From contig CAVPJU010000003.1 in the NCBI GenBank assembly GCA_963705505.1, forward strand, positions 160,001 through 224,000: 64,000 nucleotides of DNA, in the 5' to 3' direction. Shown piece after piece: positions 37,441 through 45,452 of this stretch. Every line of letters starts with the position of its first letter. The stretch's first letter is position 1. Source of the stretch: an uncultured bacterium. GTDB taxonomy: Bacteria; Desulfobacterota_D; UBA1144; Nemesobacterales; UBA2774. The position numbers and the translations under genes were made by a program. The notes beneath the pieces were generated by a model. That model worked only from the letters and a program-made list of their open reading frames with translations. It was not told the DNA's origin and did no database searches.

Positions 37441-38424
37441 ATGGCTACACTGGTTACAGGGGCTACGGGTTTCTTGGGCTCCCACATCGCAAGGAAGCTC
37501 GCCGAGAGGGGAGACAAGGTAAGGATACTCCTCAGAAAAACCAGCAACACTATAAATATAGACAACATAAACGCCGAGAGGGTTTACGGCGATGTAACCG
37601 ATATAGACTCCATCAGGAAAGCCCTCGAGGGCTGCGACACACTCTACCATACGGCGGGGGTCGTATCGTTCAAGCAGGCCGATTATAAAAAGATGGATGA
37701 TATAAACGTAAAAGGCACCAATAACGTATTTACGGCCGCGATGGAAGCCGGTGTGAAAAAAGCCGTATATACGAGCAGCGTGGCGGCGATCGGGCTTAAA
37801 CCGGGGAGGGAGCCGGCTGACGAAGAGACACCGTTTGACCCCGCAAGCACGGATATCCGGTACATAAAATCCAAATACTACGCCGAGCAGGAAGCTCTTA
37901 AATTTTTCGAGAAGGGCCTTCCGCTGGTGATCGTTAACCCGTCGATCGTGATAGGGGCGGGAGATGTTTACGTCTCGACCTCGGGGATAATTCTCTGGTA
38001 CTGCAAGAGGAGGCTCCCCGGCTACACGGACGGAGGCATAAACCTTGTGGACGCCGAGGACGTGGCCCGGGGACACCTGTTGGCGGCCGAGAAAGGGAGA
38101 CTGGGGGAGCGCTACATACTGAGCAACCGGAATATAACCATAAAAGAGCTGTTCGAAGTGCTCGAGAAGGTCACGGGGATTCCGAGGCCTAAAATGAAGA
38201 TACCCTACACTCTCGCTTACATAGGCGCGTTTATCGCTGAGCGCATATTCGGCATATCCGCGCCCAACTATGTGGCAATGGACATAGACTCAATAAAGGG
38301 GTCAAAGCACTACTGGTATTTCGATAATTCAAAGGCGGTCAGGGAACTCGGCTTCTCTCCGAGGCCGCTTGAAGAAACGATAGAAAGCACAGTAAAGTGG
38401 TTCAAGGAAAACGGCTACCTCTGA
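37441..38424 (+). CDS. Extended SDR, NAD-dependent epimerase / dihydroflavonol-reductase-like (HpnA-like)
   Basis: TGATGFLG, YTSS, YIKSK (YxxxK), GERYIL; AGGAGG SD before ATG 37441. Confidence 0.9.
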   Translation: MATLVTGATGFLGSHIARKLAERGDKVRILLRKTSNTINIDNINAERVYGDVTDIDSIRKALEGCDTLYHTAGVVSFKQADYKKMDDINVKGTNNVFTAAMEAGVKKAVYTSSVAAIGLKPGREPADEETPFDPASTDIRYIKSKYYAEQEALKFFEKGLPLVIVNPSIVIGAGDVYVSTSGIILWYCKRRLPGYTDGGINLVDAEDVARGHLLAAEKGRLGERYILSNRNITIKELFEVLEKVTGIPRPKMKIPYTLAYIGAFIAERIFGISAPNYVAMDIDSIKGSKHYWYFDNSKAVRELGFSPRPLEETIESTVKWFKENGYL

Positions 38425-38444
38425 TTTTGGACGCACGCCTTTAT

Positions 38445-38473
38445 TTGAAACGACTTTCCCGTTAATATAGAAT
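38445..38473 (+). promoter_or_regulatory. sigma70-type promoter directly abutting the aroC start codon
   Basis: TTGAAA-N17-TAGAAT, ending 6 nt before ATG. Confidence 0.55.
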
Positions 38474-38479
38474 CTTCCT

Positions 38480-39550
38480 ATGCCCGGAAACTCATTCGGA
38501 AATCTCTTTCGTATAACGACCTGGGGGGAATCCCACGGCCTGGCTCTCGGCGTCGTCATAGACGGGTGCCCCGCGGGGCTCGATATATCGCGTGACGATA
38601 TACAGTCGGAGCTCGACCGCAGGCGTCCCGGACAGAGCAAGATAACCACGCAGAGGAAAGAGTCGGACAGCGTCGAGATCCTATCGGGAATATTCGAGGG
38701 GAAGACTCTGGGGACTCCCATATCGCTCGTTGTCAGGAACGAGGACGTAATATCCAAATCGTACGAGGACATAAAAGACACGTACCGTCCGGGGCACGCC
38801 GATTACACCTACGACGCAAAATTCGGCATAAGGGATTACAGGGGCGGAGGCAGGTCCTCCGCAAGGGAAACCGTCGGAAGGGTGGCTGCGGGAGCGATCG
38901 CAAAGAAGATTCTGAATATGCAGGGCATTAAAACATACGGGTTTGTGAGACAGGTAGGGAAGATCGTCGCCCGGAAAATAGACCTCGACGAGATAGAGAA
39001 GAACATCGTAAGATGCCCCGACGCCGAGAAGGCGATTGAGATGATAGAGCTCATAGAAAAGGTGAGGCGTGAAGGAGATTCGGTAGGAGGCACGGTCGAA
39101 GTCGTATCGAAGGGTCTTCCGCCGGGACTCGGAAGCCCCGTATTCAATAAGCTCGACGCGGACCTCGCTTCGGCGCTCATGAGCCTGGGGGGCATCAGGG
39201 GGTTCGAGGTAGGCATGGGTTTCGAAGCGTCTAAAAGGAAAGGGTCTCAGGTCAATGACGTAATGTATAAGGACAAATCCGGAAAGCTCAGATACAAAAC
39301 CAATAACGCGGGCGGCCTCTTGGGCGGGATCACGAACGGCGAGGACCTCGTCGTGAGGATAGCCATCAAGCCGACGTCTTCGATCTCCAAGACTCAGCAC
39401 ACGGTCGATAAATACGGGAACCCGAAAGAGCTCAAGGTCAAGGGGAGGCACGATCCGTGTCTCTGCCCGAGAGCGGTGCCCATCGCCGAAGCGATGGTCA
39501 ACCTCGTTCTCGCGGACCACCTGCTAATGTCGAGAGTCGCGCGAATTTAA
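38480..39550 (+). CDS. aroC: Chorismate synthase
   Basis: GESHG, RPGHAD, RSSARET, GRHDPC. Confidence 0.99.
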   Translation: MPGNSFGNLFRITTWGESHGLALGVVIDGCPAGLDISRDDIQSELDRRRPGQSKITTQRKESDSVEILSGIFEGKTLGTPISLVVRNEDVISKSYEDIKDTYRPGHADYTYDAKFGIRDYRGGGRSSARETVGRVAAGAIAKKILNMQGIKTYGFVRQVGKIVARKIDLDEIEKNIVRCPDAEKAIEMIELIEKVRREGDSVGGTVEVVSKGLPPGLGSPVFNKLDADLASALMSLGGIRGFEVGMGFEASKRKGSQVNDVMYKDKSGKLRYKTNNAGGLLGGITNGEDLVVRIAIKPTSSISKTQHTVDKYGNPKELKVKGRHDPCLCPRAVPIAEAMVNLVLADHLLMSRVARI

Positions 39551-39902
39551 ACCCGCTCGCAACAGCCCGTCAGTTAAAATATATTCATATACAACTATCC
39601 AGTCCGCTCATCCGCGTGTAACACTTCTTAATAATCGTCGATATGCCCGGCCTGAAGTAAAGTCTTCTTTTTCCACGACTTGTAATATTCGGGTAAAATA
39701 TTTGCGGGGTTATTAACTGATTTAATTAGATATAATCAGCACCGGATAACTGGTTACGGCACGTACTTAATAAAGTACGATTGAGGTGAGCAGGATTATA
39801 TCTCATTATAGTTAATTATATTTTTCAATATTCTTCCCCCGGTTTTATATAACCTATTGAAACAAAAAACAAATTGCACTAAAATTGCAAAAAGGGGTAG
39901 TA

Positions 39903-40000
39903 TCCTTCCGAAATGGCAAACTATCCGAAAGGGTAGGACGCAAAGCCTCAAGCCTAAGGACTTGCCAAGTGCTGTCTATGGCGGTTGGGTTGCCGAAGAT
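39903..40000 (+). promoter_or_regulatory. Cyclic di-GMP-I (GEMM) riboswitch aptamer
   Basis: GGCAAAC-TATCC-GAAA-GGGTA-GGACGCAAAG (P2 with GAAA tetraloop); P3 carries a canonical 11-nt receptor (CCTAAG 39953-39958, TATGG 39977-39981); ends GGGTTGCCGAA. Confidence 0.93.
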
Positions 40001-40114
40001 GAGTTACTTGCAATAATTCTAATATTCGAGGATAATTATAAATGAGCTGTAAACGATAACCTTAGCTATATTAAAGTATATTGCTAAAATTTGCTTTCAG
40101 GGAGGGGAACGATA

Positions 40115-42874
40115 ATGGGGATAATAATCAGGGAGAAGAAAGACCGGAGAGGACACGAAAGAATCCCCGTAAATTTTATCGTTTATTCCAGAAACACGGG
40201 AAAGGTGATGGGACAGGCAAGGGACCTTTCATCGAGAGGACTCTTTATACAAACGGAAGATGAATACGAACCGGGGACTAAACTCCTCCTCGAGTGCGAT
40301 CTCTCGGGCGCGCATCCGGTTAAAGCTTACTGCGAGGTCAGGAGATTCGAATCGAACGGAACCGGAGCGCACGGAATCGGGGTCGAATTCATAAACCTCT
40401 ACGAATCCGACAGGACCAAGCTGCTGAACTATATAGAGAGCAGTAAGAACAAACTCAATTCCGACGACTATTATTTATCCGATTTTAATGACATACCCGA
40501 CGATGACCTGTTTAAAAAGGCCGAGGTCTTCTGGCAATACAAACTGGACATGGAATCGAAGGGATACATAAGGTACAGAAGACCCCTTGCGTCGCCCTCC
40601 GCGCATAAAGTGATCATCGACGACGATTTCACGGGAAAGAAAAAAGAGATGATCATGATGGGGAGCAACAACTACCTTGGCCTCACTTCCCATCCGAAGG
40701 TAATCAAAATTGCAAAAGAAAAAATCGACAAATACGGCGCCGGAGCAGGGTCCGTCCCGCTCCTTGCCGGGACTTTCGACATACACAGACAGCTCGAGAT
40801 AAAACTCGCTGAGCTAAAAGGGTGTGAGGACGCGATCATATTCCCGAGCGGCTACGTAACTAATCTCGGATGCATACAGGCCCTCGTTAAGAACGAGGAC
40901 CTGGCCGTTATAGACAGGCTCGCCCACGCCAGCATCATCGACGGCTGTATGCTGTCCTCGGGGACGTTCAGGACGTTCAAGCATTCAGACGTCGACAGTC
41001 TCGAAAACGTGCTGAAGAGGAACCGTGACAACTTTAAAGGCAAGCTTGTAATCATAGACGGCGTCTATAGTATGGACGGGGACATAGCTCCCCTTCGTCA
41101 GATCACGGAGACCGCTCACAGGTACGGCGCCAAGATAATGGTCGATGAGGCTCACGCCACCGGTGTCATAGGGGATAAGGGAAGAGGAACGCCGAGCCAC
41201 TTCAAAATGAAGCCGGGCGAGGTAGATATAGTCATGGGGACACTGAGCAAATCCCTGGGCGGCATTGGCGGATTCATAGCCTCGACGAAAGAGGTCGTAA
41301 ACTATCTCAGGTACTATACGAGATCCTTCTTCTTTTCATCCAATTTCCCCCCTTCTGTCGCGGCCTCCGTGCTCGCCGCAATCGAGGTGATGGAGACGGA
41401 CAACTCGCTTCAGAAAAGCCTCTGGAGCAATATCAAATATATGAAGGAAAACCTGAAATCGATGGGATTTAAAACGGAACAGACAGAGTCCGCGATAATT
41501 CCCGTCATTATAGGGGACGAGCTCACTCAGAAAAAGATGAGCAGGAGATTCCACGAAGCCGGCATATATGTAAACGCGATCCCCCACCCCGCAGTGCCCA
41601 AAGGGCAGGAAAGGTTCAGGTTCAGCCTGATGGCTACTCACACGCGCGAGGACCTGGACAGGACGCTCGAAGTAGTCGAAAGCCTGGGAAGGGAATTCGG
41701 AATTATAGACAAGCCGGTTTCATTAAGCGTCCCCGAGGGTCAAAAATACACCGTGAAAGAGGTCTCCTCGAAGGAAGACATCGAAAATTCAGTCAGGTTC
41801 TCATGGAAAGTGTACAAGGACTATCCGGCATGGGTGCCCTATTTCCTGATAAAGGACCACGTAAAACTGATTTCGAACGATTACTTTTACTTCAGAAAGG
41901 TTTACGGAAAGAGGATCGTCGTCGAGGAGAACGGGGAGATAATCGGCACGGTAAGCGCATTCATAGATAATTATTACAACCGCTACCACGACACGAAAGT
42001 CGGATTCCTCGGGTTTTTCGAAGCCCTCCCGGACAAAGAAGAAGCAATAAGCCTTCTGCTGGATAGAGCCGAGGAATTTCTCGTAAGAGAGGGATGTACG
42101 GAACTGCAAGGGCCCGTGAACGGAATTTTCGGAATCTTCGGGGGCGGCCTGCTTTCGAGCAACTACGGCAAAATACCGTCATTCCTGCAGGTGTACACCC
42201 AGCCCTACTACCATGACTACTTCACGAATGCGGGATTCAGTCCGGTCAAAAAACTGCTCCATTACACCATAGACCTCAAATCACCCGACAACGTGAACGC
42301 GATAATGAAATACTCGCGGGAATCGTTGCCGCCGGATATAAAAATCAGGCAGATCAACAAATCCGATTGGGACAGAGAGGTACGGAGCGTCGTCAGAATT
42401 TTCAATGATTCCCTCGCTCATCTCTGGGGCAATGTTCCCTTCGATGCAGACGAATTCATAGAGTTCGCGGATGAGTTCAAGAGTCTGATCGTTCCCGACT
42501 ACTGGCTTATTGCAGAATCCGGCGGCGAAGCGATAGGCTTCATAGGGGGATTCCCGCAATACGCTTCCGTATTCAGGGGTTTAAACGGAGAGATCAAGCC
42601 ACACAAGCTGGTAACGCTGCCCCTCCAGTTGAGAGGCATCAAGGAAGGCGTTTTAATGATCATGGGTCTGCTGGACGAATATAAGGGAATGAGAATCGGC
42701 ACTATTCTCCTCAGCAAAGTCTGTGAGGCGATGATCGGGAACGGGTATGAAAAGGTGGCCGGCACATGGGTTCTGGAAGACAACTTAGGCTCGCGGCGTA
42801 TCGTGGAGAACCTGGGCGGAAAGGTCGACCTGCACTGGGAGATGTATTCAAAAATTCCGGCAATGAGTGAATAA
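40115..42874 (+). CDS. PilZ / PLP alpha-oxoamine synthase (SPT/AONS-like) / tandem-GNAT (bCerS-like) fusion protein
   Basis: PilZ RGHER and DLSSRG; AOS motifs SNNYLGL, HASIIDG, YSMDGD, DEAH, GTLSKS; GNAT part W.P, GFLGFFE, GPVN, PYY, IFND..WG.VP, WVLEDN; GGAGG SD before ATG 40115. Confidence 0.88.
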   Translation: MGIIIREKKDRRGHERIPVNFIVYSRNTGKVMGQARDLSSRGLFIQTEDEYEPGTKLLLECDLSGAHPVKAYCEVRRFESNGTGAHGIGVEFINLYESDRTKLLNYIESSKNKLNSDDYYLSDFNDIPDDDLFKKAEVFWQYKLDMESKGYIRYRRPLASPSAHKVIIDDDFTGKKKEMIMMGSNNYLGLTSHPKVIKIAKEKIDKYGAGAGSVPLLAGTFDIHRQLEIKLAELKGCEDAIIFPSGYVTNLGCIQALVKNEDLAVIDRLAHASIIDGCMLSSGTFRTFKHSDVDSLENVLKRNRDNFKGKLVIIDGVYSMDGDIAPLRQITETAHRYGAKIMVDEAHATGVIGDKGRGTPSHFKMKPGEVDIVMGTLSKSLGGIGGFIASTKEVVNYLRYYTRSFFFSSNFPPSVAASVLAAIEVMETDNSLQKSLWSNIKYMKENLKSMGFKTEQTESAIIPVIIGDELTQKKMSRRFHEAGIYVNAIPHPAVPKGQERFRFSLMATHTREDLDRTLEVVESLGREFGIIDKPVSLSVPEGQKYTVKEVSSKEDIENSVRFSWKVYKDYPAWVPYFLIKDHVKLISNDYFYFRKVYGKRIVVEENGEIIGTVSAFIDNYYNRYHDTKVGFLGFFEALPDKEEAISLLLDRAEEFLVREGCTELQGPVNGIFGIFGGGLLSSNYGKIPSFLQVYTQPYYHDYFTNAGFSPVKKLLHYTIDLKSPDNVNAIMKYSRESLPPDIKIRQINKSDWDREVRSVVRIFNDSLAHLWGNVPFDADEFIEFADEFKSLIVPDYWLIAESGGEAIGFIGGFPQYASVFRGLNGEIKPHKLVTLPLQLRGIKEGVLMIMGLLDEYKGMRIGTILLSKVCEAMIGNGYEKVAGTWVLEDNLGSRRIVENLGGKVDLHWEMYSKIPAMSE

Positions 42875-42878
42875 ACAA

Positions 42879-45452
42879 ATGATTGACAGACAATTGTCCA
42901 TGTCGGAAGGGAACGGAACGAACATCCAGAAATCGATATTCAGTATTGTTGCGTTCGTTCTGCTCCTCTTCTGCATAGGGAATTTCCTATTAGGTCTCAA
43001 CAGGGTGAACAAACCCTACCCCGGATTTTTCTTCTATAAAAACCTCGTCATAACAGATATATCGCCGAAAACAGTCAACGGCGAGATGCTGAAAAGGTTT
43101 AAGGATAAATTAAAGGCAGTAAACGGTATACCTGTCAGAATCCCCGATGACGTATTTGAAATAATCGACAAAATCCCCGTGGGATCCCAAGTGGAATACA
43201 CGATACAGAGAAACAGTGATACATTCAGCGTTACCATCCCGATAGAGAAATTAGCACTAAAAGAGATGCTTCTCCTATTCGGAATCATATATGTGATAGG
43301 CATCGTGTTCCTTATCATCGGCGTGATGGTTCTTCAAAAGAAGCCTTACCTGAAGGCCAGTAAGGCGTTTTTCCTCTTCTGTGCTTCGATATGCGTATGG
43401 TTTGTCGGATCGTTCGACGCACAGGCTGTCTATTTATTCGACCAGCTGAGCTTCTTTTCCTGGATCTTCTGCCCGCTATTCGGAATATATCTGATGTTTA
43501 TTTTCCCGTCCGATACCAAACTGAAGGGAATGACGCACAATTTGGTGTCGATATTGTTTTTATTTATTTCAGCTATGCTTTTCGTTCTTCAGTTCATTTT
43601 CTTCTACAACTATGAAATATGGAAATACGTTAATACCGTAAGCTGGATTTACGTAGTCCTTAGCACCGTGATTTTCCCCATCTCTTCGCTCATGACCTAC
43701 ATGAATCCGTCGTCGGCGCTTGAAAAACAACGCGCGCAGATAATATTACTCGGCTGCATTTTCGGCTTGCTTGCCCCGGCTTCGGTGGTAGGCTGCATCA
43801 CGGTCTTTAAAATAAGCATGCCGTATAACCTGATGGCTCTCCCCGTGATAATTTTTCCCGTGTCCATCGCATACGCCATAGTAAAGCATAAGCTCTTCGA
43901 CATAGACGTAATCATAGAAAAGGCACTCACGTACGGACTCCTCACCGGAGCCGTGGGAGGCATCTTCGCACTCACGGTCCTGGGCTTCAACGTCGCCTTC
44001 GCCAAATACGGCGGATGGAAGAACCCGGCTTTCTTCGTTATCCTTAGCGGATTCCTAGTCATCGCCCTCAACCCCCTCAAGAACCGGATACAGGACCTAG
44101 TCGACCTGACATTTTTCAGAAAGAAGTACGATTACAGGGGGACGGTGGAGGAAGTGAGCTACGCCATGACGTCGCTCTTAAGCCTCGACAAGATAGTCGA
44201 TAAGATCATCGACATAGTCGAGAGCACCATGTTTTCAACTCCTGTCTCCGTATCCATATACAATCAGGACCTCGGAGCCTATGAGCAGTATTTGAAAGAA
44301 GGGGATATCCAAAGCCCGCCCGATATGACCGTCACTGAGGACAACATTCTGGTACAGCACCTTAATTATCACGGAAAGGAAATCTTCAGGGAAGACCTGA
44401 TTGCCGATGAGAGGTATATCCGCAACTCTCAGAAGCTTATGAGCGAGTTCGAGAGGTTCAATGCATCGCTTTTCATACCGCTCTTTTTCAAGAAGCAGCT
44501 GATAGGGTTCATCGCGCTCGGAGAAAAAAAGTCCGGGCTCTCCTACACGTCGCGCGACGTGATGCTGCTTAAGCTTCTTGCGAACCAGAGCGCGATAGCG
44601 ATCGAAAACGCCCTCGCATTCAAACTCGTCGAAGATTATGCGAAGAAGCTCGAAAAAACCAATAAGGAGCTCAAAGACGCGCAGACACAGCTCGTGCACG
44701 CGGAAAAGATGTCAGCGATCGGGCAGCTTGCCGCGGGCGTGGCCCACGAGATAAGGAACCCCTTAAACATAATCGAGGGGGCAAGGTACTACATATCCAC
44801 TTATATGATGGATAAAGAAAACACGGAGGTCGTCGGGGAATACCTCGATTATATAAAACACGAGGTGGACAGGACAAACAGGCTGATAGACAGCCTGCTC
44901 AAGTTCTCAAAAGCCGAACCGCCCTATTTCGAGAGTGTCAATATCAACAACGTACTCGAGAACGTCGTAATACTCGTACGGAAGCAGCTATCGGACAACA
45001 ATATAAATCTTGCTGTGAGGTTCGACGAAAACATCCCTCAGATCATGGCGGACCCGAACCAGCTCTGGCAGGTATTCATCAATATTATATTAAACGCCAT
45101 ACAGGCGATGCCAAAGGGCGGGGACATGACCATAGAGACTTCGACCAGGTGGGACGAATTCGCGAGCAGTGATAACCACCACATATACATACATTTCAAG
45201 GACACAGGCGTGGGAATAGACAAAAAAGATATCACGAAGATCTTCGATCCGTTTTTTACGAAAAAGGATATGGGAACCGGACTCGGACTCTCAATCGCCT
45301 ATAAGATTATAGAAAAACACCAAGGCAGAATAATAGTGGAGAGTGAGAAAGGGGCCGGGACAATATTTACGATTGAACTTCCATCAAATAACTATAATAT
45401 TACTGCGGGAGAGGAAGATGCCGAACACAAGGAAACGGGTGCTGGTTGTTGA
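42879..45452 (+). CDS. Membrane sensor histidine kinase (PDZ-like, multi-TM, GAF, HisKA, HATPase)
   Basis: DKLKAVNGIPV...GSQVEYTIQR (PDZ-like); many TM segments ending YAIVKHKLFD; GAF (LANQSAIAIEN); AHEIRNPL; N/G1/F/G2 boxes. Confidence 0.9.
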   Translation: MIDRQLSMSEGNGTNIQKSIFSIVAFVLLLFCIGNFLLGLNRVNKPYPGFFFYKNLVITDISPKTVNGEMLKRFKDKLKAVNGIPVRIPDDVFEIIDKIPVGSQVEYTIQRNSDTFSVTIPIEKLALKEMLLLFGIIYVIGIVFLIIGVMVLQKKPYLKASKAFFLFCASICVWFVGSFDAQAVYLFDQLSFFSWIFCPLFGIYLMFIFPSDTKLKGMTHNLVSILFLFISAMLFVLQFIFFYNYEIWKYVNTVSWIYVVLSTVIFPISSLMTYMNPSSALEKQRAQIILLGCIFGLLAPASVVGCITVFKISMPYNLMALPVIIFPVSIAYAIVKHKLFDIDVIIEKALTYGLLTGAVGGIFALTVLGFNVAFAKYGGWKNPAFFVILSGFLVIALNPLKNRIQDLVDLTFFRKKYDYRGTVEEVSYAMTSLLSLDKIVDKIIDIVESTMFSTPVSVSIYNQDLGAYEQYLKEGDIQSPPDMTVTEDNILVQHLNYHGKEIFREDLIADERYIRNSQKLMSEFERFNASLFIPLFFKKQLIGFIALGEKKSGLSYTSRDVMLLKLLANQSAIAIENALAFKLVEDYAKKLEKTNKELKDAQTQLVHAEKMSAIGQLAAGVAHEIRNPLNIIEGARYYISTYMMDKENTEVVGEYLDYIKHEVDRTNRLIDSLLKFSKAEPPYFESVNINNVLENVVILVRKQLSDNNINLAVRFDENIPQIMADPNQLWQVFINIILNAIQAMPKGGDMTIETSTRWDEFASSDNHHIYIHFKDTGVGIDKKDITKIFDPFFTKKDMGTGLGLSIAYKIIEKHQGRIIVESEKGAGTIFTIELPSNNYNITAGEEDAEHKETGAGC

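Noticed and set aside
37264..38076. 5' extension of the 490-aa minus-strand ORF
   Set aside because: It is antisense to the well-supported SDR gene and its upstream region; only 36604-37263 looks like a real protein.
39857..40045. 62-aa ORF across the riboswitch
   Set aside because: TTG start, no SD, and the sequence is explained by the GEMM aptamer.
40115..42874. Calling the fusion bioF or kbl
   Set aside because: No biotin or threonine-catabolism genes are nearby, and the PilZ and GNAT fusions argue against a routine assignment; substrate left open.
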